A DNA stretch of 64,000 nucleotides, taken from an uncultured Candidatus Bathyarchaeia archaeon (GTDB lineage: Archaea; Thermoproteota; Bathyarchaeia; RBG-16-48-13; CAYPFQ01). The notes beneath the pieces were generated by a model. The model made no database searches. It had not been told where the DNA came from and saw only the letters and a list, made by a program, of their open reading frames with translations. Within the stretch, counting starts at the first letter, position 1. Each line of letters begins with the position of its first letter. The stretch covers positions 3,332 to 67,331 of the forward strand of contig CAYYPV010000076.1 in the NCBI GenBank assembly GCA_964473665.1. The letters run 5' to 3'. Shown here one piece after another: positions 30,264 through 40,537 of this stretch. Made by a program: the position numbers and the translations under genes.

Positions 30264-30594
30264 TATGCCATACTTCTTCTTTGCCTCTTCTATATTTTTT
30301 ATGCTAATATTCTTCAAGGCTCTCTTAGCTTAATCATTTATGAATTCTGGATGGATTAGACTGCGGAAGCGCTTAGGGTTAGATGATAGATTTTGAGCTA
30401 TTGGATTACTTTACCGCGTTCTTCTTTGAAATCCACTCGATAAACTGGACAATAAGCTGGTTACATGGATTTTTACTAAGCAGAAATTAGGATTTTAACT
30501 TTTAAGATGAGAGTGAGAATAATTGTTAAGCTTCATGGATACGAATAAAAAAGTAATTTATGTTATCTGTATTTTATAATTAACAGGTGTTGAT

Positions 30595-30912
30595 ATGAAA
30601 ATAGGAGTTATAATTAGCCAAAATGATCCTGAAACTGTATGGAGTGCTTTTCGATTTGGAAACGTTTCATTGAGCAGACATCATGAAGTTAAAGTATTCC
30701 TCATAAGTAAAGGAGTTGAAAGCGAAGATATTGTTGACGAAAATTTCAACGTTAAGGAACAGATGGAGAAATTCATTAATACTGGTGGCAAAATCTTCGC
30801 TTGCGGAACATGCATGAAATTGAGACATAAAGAAGGCTATATCTGTCCACTATCCACTCTACAAGATTTAATGAACATCGTGGAAGAATCAGATAAAATT
30901 GTTTCATTTTAA
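30595..30912 (+). CDS. DsrE/DsrF-like (TusD-like) small sulfur-relay family protein
   Basis: 105 aa of DsrE-like sequence (MKIGVIISQNDPETVWSAFRFGN…FACGTCM). Confidence 0.5.
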   Translation: MKIGVIISQNDPETVWSAFRFGNVSLSRHHEVKVFLISKGVESEDIVDENFNVKEQMEKFINTGGKIFACGTCMKLRHKEGYICPLSTLQDLMNIVEESDKIVSF

Positions 30913-31173
30913 CTAGTGTGAAAGTAGATTTGTTCTCAGAGAGATTATGAAGGAAGAGGCGTTATTCCTCTTTATTTTTAAACATCTCCAGCCAATTGAG
31001 TGAAACTTTGCAGTCAGATGTAATATTTATCTGCGTTAAGAGATAAATTGATTATTGATAATAGAACTTATCATAAATATTCTACAAACTGTCTACATAG
31101 CCCAGAATACATAATTCTAATCGCCATCTTTAAATAAATAAGTAATTTTCCAACTAATCACGACAGATAAACT

Positions 31174-31246
31174 GCCCTGGTAGTATAGCGGTCCAGTATG
31201 CGCGGCTGTCGCCCGCACGACCCGGGTTCAAATCCCGGCCAGGGCG
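31174..31246 (+). tRNA. tRNA-Asp (anticodon GTC)
   Basis: GCCCTGG acceptor stem. Anticodon loop CTGTCGC. T-arm CCGGG-TTCAAAT-CCCGG. 3' end CCAGGGC-G. Confidence 0.8.
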
Positions 31247-31457
31247 CCTTTACTTTCTTTCCTTCCCCACTCCTTACCTTATTCACTTATTATTTATTGT
31301 ACTCAATTGGAAAATATAGGTCATTCTTTAGCTAACATATGCTTTCATTTTTTTAAAGATGAAATTTTGAGTGAGGACCTGACAAAGCGGAGATTAAAGG
31401 CTTTTAGGCTAGATTTAAATATCGCTGCAATTTTATGCAGAGTGTTATAGGGTTCAA

Positions 31458-31595
31458 GGGCCCGTAGCTCAGCTAGGAAGAGCACCGGAAAGGAAAGAAA
31501 GATGTTTTTTCCTTGGTGAAACTTTTAATCCGGGGGTCCCGGGAGATCGGTGTGTAAGCATCGATCCGGGAATCCAATTCCCGGCGGGCCCGCCA
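31458..31595 (+). tRNA. tRNA-Lys (anticodon TTT) with two introns (~32 nt at the anticodon stem/loop junction and ~29 nt in the T-loop)
   Basis: GGGCCCG-TA-GCTC-AGCTAGGAA-GAGC-A-CCGGA, then 32 nt, then CTTTTAA-TCCGG-GGGTC-CCGGG, then 36 nt (7-nt loop plus intron with a GATCG/CGATC hairpin), then CCCGG-CGGGCCC-G-CCA. Confidence 0.55.
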
Positions 31596-31759
31596 TCAAT
31601 CGTGCTTTTAAATCATTTTTCCCAATTTTTTCTATTTACGACAAGTTTATTAATTTCTTTTCTGTATGCTGTGATAGCTCCGCCGGAGTTGAGGCAATAG
31701 CCCTCGGAGACCCTTCTTGGGTCGGATGAATTTCTACTGGCTGGGGGAATTATTAGTAT

Positions 31760-32014
31760 TTGGTTGAAGAGAAAGAAGCTAAACTCGATATTTTAAATCA
31801 TGAGCTTGTGCCAAAACATAGTATACTCACTAAAGAAGAAGCTGAAGAATTACGCAAGAGGTACAAAATTGAACTCTACCAACTTCCTTACATAAAGTCT
31901 TCAGATCCAGTTGCGGAAATTATTGGTGCTAAACCAGGTGACGTAGTGAAAATTATACGGAAAAGTCCTACTGCGGGCGAGGCTGTTGCTTACCGCTATG
32001 TCCTTGAAGGATAA
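31760..32014 (+). CDS. rpoH: RNA polymerase subunit H (Rpb5 homologue), TTG start
   Basis: 84 aa of Rpb5 C-domain-like sequence (HELVPKHSILTKEEAEEL…), immediately upstream of rpoB. Confidence 0.85.
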   Translation: MVEEKEAKLDILNHELVPKHSILTKEEAEELRKRYKIELYQLPYIKSSDPVAEIIGAKPGDVVKIIRKSPTAGEAVAYRYVLEG

Positions 32015-35000
32015 TTGGGAGGTTTTAGTTTGTCTTTCACAGAGTCACAACTTTGGTCTCTCATGGAATCTTTCTTTAGAGAAAAGGGATTAGTTCAGCA
32101 ACATTTAGATTCATTTAATAAATTCATTGAACTCGGTCTCCAGGAAATTATAGATGAAGTTGGAGAAATTCCAATCGAAATTCCCGAATATCCATATAAA
32201 ATTAAGTTTGGTAAAATTGAGGTCGACCGCCCGAGAACTATAGAGATTGACGGTTCTCCTCATCCAATTTACCCGATGGAGGCTCGTCTTCGTAATCTAA
32301 CTTATGCCGCTCCTATGCTTCTTGAAGTAGCCGAAGTTCGCGATGGTAAAGAAGGTCCATTTGAATCCATCTACATCGGCGACATTCCAATAATGGTGAA
32401 GTCTGCACACTGCCTTCTTTCTGGGCTGTCGCCAGAAGAGCTGGTTGAAAAGGGTGAAGACCCAAAAGATCCCGGTGGCTATTTTGTAATCAATGGTTCA
32501 GAGCGCGTTATAGTCGCCCTCGAGGATTTAGCCCCTAATCGATTCTTGATAGACATTGATGACAGTGGAACAACCCCAATTTATCGGGCGAAGGTCTTTT
32601 CCACAACAGCTGGTTTTCGAGCTAGAATTGAATTAAGGATAAAGTCAGATGGGGCTCTTTATGTTTCTATGCCTGGGGTTCCAACCGAAATTCCATTCAT
32701 AATTATTATGAGGGCGCTCGGGCTCAAATCAGATAAAGAGATTGCGGAAGCAGTATCTCCTAATGAAGAAGTTCAGAACCTCCTCGACTCATCATTCGAA
32801 AAAGCAGTTGGCGTAACGACTGTTAAAGAAGCCATCTTGTATTTAGGAAACCGCGTTGCCCACGGACAAATTGAGGAGTATAGAGTAAAGAAAGCAGAGA
32901 CAGTTCTTGACAAAAACTATATGCCGCATATTGGCAGAACCCCTGACAAACGAGTTGAAAAAGCCCTTTTTCTGGGCGAGATGGCTGCACGGATTTTTGA
33001 ATTAAAACTTGGGAGACGAGAATCTGACGATAAAGATCATTACGCAAATAAACGACTAAAACTGGCTGGCGCATTACTTTCTGACTTATTCAGAATAGCT
33101 TTCAGGGGATTATGTAGGGACGTAAAATATCAGATGGAAAGAATGAGCCTTAAATGGCATGAAACAGGTATGATCTCCGCTGCAGTAAGGCCAGGAATAA
33201 TCACTGAGAGAATTCAGCACGCATTAGCAACTGGTAACTGGGGACGTGGCAAAGTTGGTGTCACGCAGCTCTTGGATAGGACCAACTTCACTTCAACTCT
33301 AAGTCACCTAAGACGTCTGCAGTCACCATTAAGCCGCAGTCAACCAAACTTTGAGGCTAGAGACCTGCATCCAACCCATTGGGGGCGCCTTTGCCCAAAT
33401 GAAACACCTGAAGGCTCAAACTGTGGCTTAGTTAAGAACCTATCTCTAATGGCTAATATTTCAATCAGCATAAACCCTGAAGAAGTTAAACAAATTCTAT
33501 ACAAAATTGGCACCGTTAAGATTGAAGATGCAGACGCGGCTCTACGCTCCACAGGGGCAAAAGTCTTCATTGAAGGCAACTTAGCAGGCTATTCCAAAGA
33601 CCCGAAAGGCCTTTTAGATGAGCTTCGAAATATGCGAAGAAGCGGAAATTTAAGCCCAGAAATAAACGGCGCTTATCACATCGCTGGTTTAGAAGGCGCT
33701 CGAGAAGAAGTATACATAAACTGTGATATAGGCAGAGTACGTCGACCATTAATAATCGTTGACAAAGGTATACCTAGACTAAAATCAGAGCACATATCAA
33801 AAATTCAGATGAACGAATTACGATGGGAAGATTTAGTTAGACAGGGAATAATCGAATACCTTGATGCTGATGAAGAAGAAAATGCATACGTAGCACTAGA
33901 TCTTAATCAACTTACCCCTGAACACACGCATTTAGAAATTGCGCCTTATACTATACTTGGAATCTGCGGATCAATCATACCCTATGCAGAATACAATCAA
34001 TCTCCAAGAAACTCATACGAGGCAGCTATGGCTAAGCAGGCACTAGGTGTTTATTCTACCAACTATTTCAATAGAGTCGACTCCCGTTCACACATTCTAA
34101 ATTATCCACAGGCCCCAATTGTACAAACAAAACCAATGAGCACAATCGGATATGCTGACCGCCCATCAGGGCAAAACTGCGTTGTCGCCGTACTATCATA
34201 CAGAGGCTACAACATGGAGGATGCGTTAATATTCAACAAATCATCAATAGAAAGAGGACTTGGACGCTCCACATTTTACAGAGTTTACGAAGCAGAATGC
34301 CGACAATATCTCGGCGGGCAGAAAGATACATTTGAACTTCCAGAATCTGGAACCCGCGGCTACCGCGGCGACCAATTTTACCGCCTATTAGAAGAAGACG
34401 GTATAGTAAATGTGGAAGCAAATGTCACCGGAAGCGATGTTTTAATAGGTAGAACAAGTCCGCCCCGTTTCCTTGAGGAATATAAAGAATTTGAGGTTAA
34501 AGGTCCAACAAGAAGAGATACCTCAATTAGTGTAAGACCAGCTGAAGTGGGAACGGTTGATTCTGTTCTAGTATCTCAGACAGCTCAAGGCAGCAAACTT
34601 GTTAAGGTAAGGGTTAGGGATCAACGTATTCCAGAGCTAGGAGATAAATTCGCTTCCCGTCACGGCCAGAAAGGCGTGATAGGATTTCTAGTTTCACATG
34701 AAGATATGCCGTTCACTGAAGACGGGGTCATACCCGACGTCATAGTAAACCCGCACGCAATACCATCGAGAATGACAATTGGGCACTTCGTAGAGTCAGT
34801 AGCCGGCAAGGTTGCAGCTCTACAGGGGCAAATCTTGGACGGGACACCGTTCAGCGGCATGAAACAAACGGACATAAGAAAAGTCCTATTGAGCTTAGGT
34901 TTTCAACACGGTGGACGCGAAACTCTATACGACGGCGTAAGTGGCCACAAATACAAAGTAGACATATTCATCGGTGTCGTTTACTACCAGAAACTCCACC

Positions 35001-35377
35001 ATATGGTCGCCGATAAAATGCATGCAAGGGCACGAGGACAAGTTCAAATGCTGACAAGACAGCCAACTGAAGGCAGAGCGAGGGGTGGAGGATTAAGATT
35101 CGGCGAAATGGAAAGAGACTGCCTAATAGGTCACGGAGCAGCAATGTTACTCAAGGACAGACTTCTAGAGGAATCTGATAAAGCCGTCGTATACGTATGT
35201 GAACGGTGCGGTTACGTCGCATATTTCGACCTCAAACAGAGAAAATATATCTGCAAGATGTGTGGTGACGAAGCAGTAATATCCCCAGTAGCTATGTCTT
35301 ACGCTTTCAAGTTATTACTACAAGAATTAATGAGCCTATGTATAGTTCCAAGACTAAAACTCAAGGAGAGAGCTTAA
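32015..35377 (+). CDS. rpoB: RNA polymerase subunit B (unsplit)
   Basis: 1120 aa, full-length Rpb2-like, with a C-terminal Zn ribbon (CERCG…CKMCG). Confidence 0.97.
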   Translation: MGGFSLSFTESQLWSLMESFFREKGLVQQHLDSFNKFIELGLQEIIDEVGEIPIEIPEYPYKIKFGKIEVDRPRTIEIDGSPHPIYPMEARLRNLTYAAPMLLEVAEVRDGKEGPFESIYIGDIPIMVKSAHCLLSGLSPEELVEKGEDPKDPGGYFVINGSERVIVALEDLAPNRFLIDIDDSGTTPIYRAKVFSTTAGFRARIELRIKSDGALYVSMPGVPTEIPFIIIMRALGLKSDKEIAEAVSPNEEVQNLLDSSFEKAVGVTTVKEAILYLGNRVAHGQIEEYRVKKAETVLDKNYMPHIGRTPDKRVEKALFLGEMAARIFELKLGRRESDDKDHYANKRLKLAGALLSDLFRIAFRGLCRDVKYQMERMSLKWHETGMISAAVRPGIITERIQHALATGNWGRGKVGVTQLLDRTNFTSTLSHLRRLQSPLSRSQPNFEARDLHPTHWGRLCPNETPEGSNCGLVKNLSLMANISISINPEEVKQILYKIGTVKIEDADAALRSTGAKVFIEGNLAGYSKDPKGLLDELRNMRRSGNLSPEINGAYHIAGLEGAREEVYINCDIGRVRRPLIIVDKGIPRLKSEHISKIQMNELRWEDLVRQGIIEYLDADEEENAYVALDLNQLTPEHTHLEIAPYTILGICGSIIPYAEYNQSPRNSYEAAMAKQALGVYSTNYFNRVDSRSHILNYPQAPIVQTKPMSTIGYADRPSGQNCVVAVLSYRGYNMEDALIFNKSSIERGLGRSTFYRVYEAECRQYLGGQKDTFELPESGTRGYRGDQFYRLLEEDGIVNVEANVTGSDVLIGRTSPPRFLEEYKEFEVKGPTRRDTSISVRPAEVGTVDSVLVSQTAQGSKLVKVRVRDQRIPELGDKFASRHGQKGVIGFLVSHEDMPFTEDGVIPDVIVNPHAIPSRMTIGHFVESVAGKVAALQGQILDGTPFSGMKQTDIRKVLLSLGFQHGGRETLYDGVSGHKYKVDIFIGVVYYQKLHHMVADKMHARARGQVQMLTRQPTEGRARGGGLRFGEMERDCLIGHGAAMLLKDRLLEESDKAVVYVCERCGYVAYFDLKQRKYICKMCGDEAVISPVAMSYAFKLLLQELMSLCIVPRLKLKERA

Positions 35378-35379
35378 AA

Positions 35380-38300
35380 ATGAGTTCCGAAGAGACCGAT
35401 ATCTACAAAATTATTGATGGAATAAAGTTTGGGGTATTATCCCCAACCGGCATACGCAAGCTTTCTGTCGTAGAAATTCAGACAGCCGACACATATGATG
35501 AAGACGGTGCACCAATAACTGCAGGTTTAATGGACGGTCGACTAGGAACACTTGAACCAAGGCAGAGGTGTAACACCTGCGGCAACACGGCTACAAGATG
35601 TCCAGGGCATTTTGGCCACATTGAATTGGCACAGCCAATTATCCATGTGGATTTCGCGAAAATAATTAATGAACTTCTTACAGCAACCTGCAGAACCTGC
35701 GGGAGAGTGCTCCTTTCAAACACTAAAATTGAGGAATTTAAGGCGAGAATAGAAGAAGCAAGGGGAATGCTTGGAGCCGTTCCCGACACCTTATATGACG
35801 AAGTGAAAAAGACCGCAAAGAAAAATGCGGAGTGTCCACAATGCGGTGCGCCTCAATTCACGATTGATTTCAGTAAACCGACAACCTTCCATGAGGTCTT
35901 AGAGGAAGGTGGCGCTAGGCGACTTATACCTAGTATGATTAGAGATAGGCTAGAACGAATATCCGACGACGACTTAAGGCTTCTTGGCTTCGAACCTAGT
36001 GTAGCAAGACCTGAATGGATGGTGCTCCAAGTTCTACCAATACCTCCTGTATACGTCCGTCCTTCTATTACGCTTGAATCAGGCATCCGATCCGAGGACG
36101 ATTTGACTCATAAACTGGTTGACGTAATTAGGATTAACCAGAGATTAAAGGAAAACATCGAAGCCGGTGCTCCAACACTAATCATTCAAGATTTATCAGA
36201 ACTCTTACAGTACCACATAACTACCTACTTCAATAACGAAGCATCTGGAATACCTCCAGCAAGGCATCGCTCTGGTAGAGCATTGAAAACTCTTTCACAA
36301 CGTCTTAAGGGAAAGGAAGGACGCTTTAGAAGCAATCTCTCAGGGAAAAGAGTAGACTTCTCCGCTCGTACAGTTATATCCCCTGATCCCAATCTAGACA
36401 TAAATGAGGTGGGAGTGCCGCAGGACGTCGCTATGCACTTAACTATTCCAGAAAAGATAACCGAATGGAACATCAAAGAGATAGCTCAACTAGTCATTAA
36501 TGGATCCGATAAATATCCTGGCGCAATTTACGTCGTTAGACCTGACGGGAAACGCATAAGACTCGAATTCGTCACAGAACGTGACAAAGTAGCTGAAGGT
36601 TTACAACCCGGCTTCATAGTTGAAAGGCAACTCAAAGATGGTGACATCGCAATTTTTAATCGCCAACCATCTCTCCATAGAATGTCAATAATGGCTCACT
36701 ACGTGCACATTCTTCCATACAAAACTTTTAGGCTCCACCTCTCCGTCTGTCCGCCGTACAACGCTGACTTTGATGGAGACGAAATGAACCTACACATTCC
36801 ACAAAGTGAAGAAGCACGAACAGAAGCACGGTTATTGATGCAGGTACAAGATCAGATACTATCGCCCAGATATGGTGGGCCAATTATCGGTGCAATTAGA
36901 GACTTCATAACTGCAGCGTTTCTTCTAACTTGCGATTCAACAAAATTAACAAAAGGTGATTTCTACAGCTTACTTGGGGCAGCAGGGTATGATGGGCCTA
37001 TTCCTGCACCTGCTGAAAAAAAAACTGAACCCTTATGGACAGGTAAACAAGTATTCAGTCTATTTCTACCCAAAGCCTTCAATTACGTGCAGAAAGCAAA
37101 CTTGTGCCACAAGTGTAAAGAATGTTTAAAGGAAAAATGTCCATACGACGCCTACCTTGTCATTAGAAATGGTATCCTAGAATGCGGTGTAATAGATAAA
37201 AATGCAATAGGAGCTGAAAAATCTGAAAGCCTCTGGCATAGGATAGTTAAAGATTATGGAACAGAATCTGGGAAATATTTCCTTTATCGCATATGTAGGC
37301 TAGTCAACGCGTTTATGATTATGAGAGGCTTCACTTACGCCCTAGATGAATTAGACGTACAAAAGGATGCCCAACAAAAAATTGACCGCGCAATTAAAAG
37401 CGCTGAGGATAAGGTTCACGAACTAATTGGAAGCTATCAAAATGGGACTCTTGAACGGCTTCCAGGTCAAACTCTAAATGAATCACTGGAAATTTACATT
37501 ATGAATGAACTAGCAACTGCAAGAGATAAGGCTGGTGGAATAGCGGACGAATTCTTTGGGTTAGATAATCACGGTATAATTATGACTATGAGCGGTGCAA
37601 GAGGCTCTAGCCTAAACATAGGTCAAATGACGGCCTGCGTAGGACAACAGTCAGTTCGCGGCAAACGAATTATGCGTGGATACTACAACAGAGCGTTAAC
37701 CCTCTTCAAGCCAGGTGACCAAACACCCGTGGCAAGAGGCTTCATCCATTCTAGCTATCGCGATGGGCTTAGTCCAGCGGAATTCTTTTTCCACGCTATG
37801 GGTGGAAGGGAAGGGCTCGTAGATACAGCCGTTCGCACTCAGCAAAGCGGATACATGCAACGTAGATTAATTAACGCTCTTGAATACTTGCGGGTTGAAT
37901 ATGACGGAACTGTCCGTGACTCAAGAGGCGATCTCGTCCAATTCAATTTTGGAGAAGACGGAGTTGATCCAGCCAAAAGCGATCACGGGAAAGCTGTGAA
38001 CGTTGAGCGCTTAGTTGAAAGAATAAGAATCGTTAGTAAACCAGGTAAACCCGCTTCAGCGAAATTTATTAATGAACAGCTTGAGCCTGTGAAAAATAAA
38101 TTACCCCCACTGCTTGTAGACGAACTAAGTAAACATGTTAAAGAGGCAAATCTAACGACAGAAGCAGTTAATCAAACTATACAAATAGCGCTTGAAGACT
38201 ATCAGCGGGCATTAGAGGAACCGGGAGACGCTGTCGGCATAATCGCTGCTCAATCCATCGGCGAACCTGGAACGCAGATGACATTGAGAACATTCCACTA

Positions 38301-39216
38301 CGCAGGCGTCAGAGAGCAGAACGTAACCCTTGGTCTTCCACGACTTATAGAAATAGTTGATGCACGAAGAGCGCCATCAACTCCTATTATGGATATATAT
38401 CTGGACAAAAAGTTTAGAAGCAGCCGTGAAAAAGCAACAGAAATTGCTCAACAAATAATGTTCACAACACTTAAAGATATTTCATTATCAGTAGCAATAA
38501 ATCCAAAATTAGCGGCAGTTATTGTAAAACTCGACGAGGATATGATGAAAGATAGGGGAATCTCCGCAAACGAGCTTAAAGAAGCCGTAAAGATTCCAAA
38601 TTGCGATACTAAAATAAAAGGTACCTTAATTGAAATTAAACCAACAGGATTGACTGATTTTAGTAAACTATGCGCAAAAGTATCCTCTCTTCATGTGAAG
38701 GGCGTCGTAGGAATACATAGAGTACTACTTGCGGAGGAAAAGGGTGAATGGGTTATCCACACCGATGGTTCAAACTTAGCAAAAGTTCTCAAAGTTACAG
38801 GTGTTGATATAACAAGGACAACAACCAACAATATGCATGAAATAGCAGAAACCCTTGGAATTGAGGCCGCGCGAAACTCCATAATTAAGGAGGCTGAGGG
38901 AGTACTAGAGGAACAAGGACTCGATGTAGACATAAGACATGTAATGCTTGTTGCTGATGTTATGACCGCAACAGGTGAGGTTCGCCAGATCGGCAGGCAC
39001 GGTGTAAGTGGTGAAAAATCAAGTATACTTGCAAGAGCAGCATTCGAAATAACTGTTCCAAGCCTAATAGAAGCCGCATCTAAAGGAACAACTGATATGT
39101 TAAAGGGTGTAACCGAGAACGTAATAGTAGGTCAATCGGTGCCTATTGGAACTGGTTTAGTTGACCTCTACATGACTTCACCTTCAAAATCCATTCCAAA
39201 AGAAAAACGTGGGTAA
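35380..39216 (+). CDS. rpoA: RNA polymerase subunit A, unsplit (A' + A'' fused in one ORF)
   Basis: 1279 aa from the ATG at 35380, 2 nt after the rpoB stop. It has an N-terminal Zn motif, the catalytic NADFDGD and a C-terminal A''-like region with no stop in between. Confidence 0.95.
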   Translation: MSSEETDIYKIIDGIKFGVLSPTGIRKLSVVEIQTADTYDEDGAPITAGLMDGRLGTLEPRQRCNTCGNTATRCPGHFGHIELAQPIIHVDFAKIINELLTATCRTCGRVLLSNTKIEEFKARIEEARGMLGAVPDTLYDEVKKTAKKNAECPQCGAPQFTIDFSKPTTFHEVLEEGGARRLIPSMIRDRLERISDDDLRLLGFEPSVARPEWMVLQVLPIPPVYVRPSITLESGIRSEDDLTHKLVDVIRINQRLKENIEAGAPTLIIQDLSELLQYHITTYFNNEASGIPPARHRSGRALKTLSQRLKGKEGRFRSNLSGKRVDFSARTVISPDPNLDINEVGVPQDVAMHLTIPEKITEWNIKEIAQLVINGSDKYPGAIYVVRPDGKRIRLEFVTERDKVAEGLQPGFIVERQLKDGDIAIFNRQPSLHRMSIMAHYVHILPYKTFRLHLSVCPPYNADFDGDEMNLHIPQSEEARTEARLLMQVQDQILSPRYGGPIIGAIRDFITAAFLLTCDSTKLTKGDFYSLLGAAGYDGPIPAPAEKKTEPLWTGKQVFSLFLPKAFNYVQKANLCHKCKECLKEKCPYDAYLVIRNGILECGVIDKNAIGAEKSESLWHRIVKDYGTESGKYFLYRICRLVNAFMIMRGFTYALDELDVQKDAQQKIDRAIKSAEDKVHELIGSYQNGTLERLPGQTLNESLEIYIMNELATARDKAGGIADEFFGLDNHGIIMTMSGARGSSLNIGQMTACVGQQSVRGKRIMRGYYNRALTLFKPGDQTPVARGFIHSSYRDGLSPAEFFFHAMGGREGLVDTAVRTQQSGYMQRRLINALEYLRVEYDGTVRDSRGDLVQFNFGEDGVDPAKSDHGKAVNVERLVERIRIVSKPGKPASAKFINEQLEPVKNKLPPLLVDELSKHVKEANLTTEAVNQTIQIALEDYQRALEEPGDAVGIIAAQSIGEPGTQMTLRTFHYAGVREQNVTLGLPRLIEIVDARRAPSTPIMDIYLDKKFRSSREKATEIAQQIMFTTLKDISLSVAINPKLAAVIVKLDEDMMKDRGISANELKEAVKIPNCDTKIKGTLIEIKPTGLTDFSKLCAKVSSLHVKGVVGIHRVLLAEEKGEWVIHTDGSNLAKVLKVTGVDITRTTTNNMHEIAETLGIEAARNSIIKEAEGVLEEQGLDVDIRHVMLVADVMTATGEVRQIGRHGVSGEKSSILARAAFEITVPSLIEAASKGTTDMLKGVTENVIVGQSVPIGTGLVDLYMTSPSKSIPKEKRG

Positions 39217-39222
39217 AATCAA

Positions 39223-39534
39223 ATGGATATCAACAAAGCTATCAGTTCAGCTGTAAAAACCGGAAAAGTAACCTTAGGGGTAAAAAGTACATTAGAATCA
39301 GCAAAAACTGGAAAAGCAAAATTAATAATTCTAGCTTCAAATTGTCCTGAAAATTCATATGAAGAAATTCTACACTACACAAAAATAGCAAAGATTCCAG
39401 TGCACATTTACGACGGTTCTAGTCTAGATTTAGGTACAACCTGTCGTAAGCCATTCACAGTATCAGCAATGGCTATAAAAGAACCTGGCGATTCAGAAAT
39501 TTTGAAATTAACGGAGACATCGCATGGCAAATAA
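39223..39534 (+). CDS. rpl30e: Ribosomal protein L30e
   Basis: 103 aa, L30e-like, in the conserved position after rpoA. Confidence 0.9.
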   Translation: MDINKAISSAVKTGKVTLGVKSTLESAKTGKAKLIILASNCPENSYEEILHYTKIAKIPVHIYDGSSLDLGTTCRKPFTVSAMAIKEPGDSEILKLTETSHGK

Positions 39535-39961
39535 AATTCGAATAACCAGCGATGAACTTAGATACATCGCGCTTTTTGAAAGTGTAACTGGAGCGACTGC
39601 AAAAGACTGTATTATAGACGATAAATCAAACAGAATCATATTCATCATAAACTCTGGAGATATCGGTCTAGCAATAGGACACGGCGGGGCAAACATAAAA
39701 CAAGTAAAAAACATGATTGCGCGAAACGTGGAAATAGTTGAGTACTCCGAAGATCCTACAATGTTCATTAAAAACTCATTAGCCCCCGCAAAAATAAACG
39801 ATGTTAGAGTAAATGAAAAGCCTGATGGAAAAAAAGTCGCATTAGTCACGGTCTCCCCTCAAGACAAAGGCATTGCTATAGGAAAAAATGGTAAAACTGC
39901 TGAACGCGCAAGGTTCCTGGTGAAAAGATACTTTCAAATCGATAACATTGTGATTACGTGA
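39524..39961 (+). CDS. nusA: Transcription elongation factor NusA-like (two KH domains)
   Basis: 145 aa with GxxG KH motifs (IGHGGANIK, IGKNGKTAE). It follows L30e as in other archaea. Confidence 0.85.
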   Translation: MANKIRITSDELRYIALFESVTGATAKDCIIDDKSNRIIFIINSGDIGLAIGHGGANIKQVKNMIARNVEIVEYSEDPTMFIKNSLAPAKINDVRVNEKPDGKKVALVTVSPQDKGIAIGKNGKTAERARFLVKRYFQIDNIVIT

Positions 39962-40046
39962 CGCACTGTTTATTTTATGATCAGGCAAACCTAAACAAAC
40001 TGCTTTTTCCTCTTATATGCAGAATTAAGGAACATGCGTTGATTTA

Positions 40047-40403
40047 CTAATTTGTCGCCTCATTCTTTTTCATTCGAGCTTTAACCAGCTTTTTTATGAG
40101 CAGGGCGGGAATTTTCTTGTCAAGTGGAAAGCGGACGGCTGATTTAGTGGTTTCATAACCTGCTAGTTCATTCTTATGTTCCTCGATGACGGGAGGGCGG
40201 ATATAGAGTCCAATATGGGCCTTTGCAAGACCGAACCAGGCCAGCCGCCCTTTGTAGTCGTAGAAAGGCATTCCGTAGCTGATACTTTCCACGGAAGTCG
40301 GCGCGGCTTCTCTGATTGCAGCCCGAATTTTCTGAAGTTTGTCCTGAGCTTCTTTCGAAGCTTCTGAAATGTAAGCGTCTACATTTTTAGGTGCTTTTTT
40401 CAT
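40047..40403 (-). CDS. DUF1801 (YdhG-like) domain protein
   Basis: 118 aa on the opposite strand, inserted between nusA and rps12. Confidence 0.45.
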   Translation of the reverse strand: MKKAPKNVDAYISEASKEAQDKLQKIRAAIREAAPTSVESISYGMPFYDYKGRLAWFGLAKAHIGLYIRPPVIEEHKNELAGYETTKSAVRFPLDKKIPALLIKKLVKARMKKNEATN

Positions 40404-40537
40404 GATTTAACCTCATATTCAGAGGGCTTAACGCCATCTTTTTATCATATCGCTATTAGGCTGAATTAAGTTTTTACAACCCAAATAAACAAATAATACC
40501 ATCTATAAGTTATTCAGAACACTTAGAATGCTTTAGT

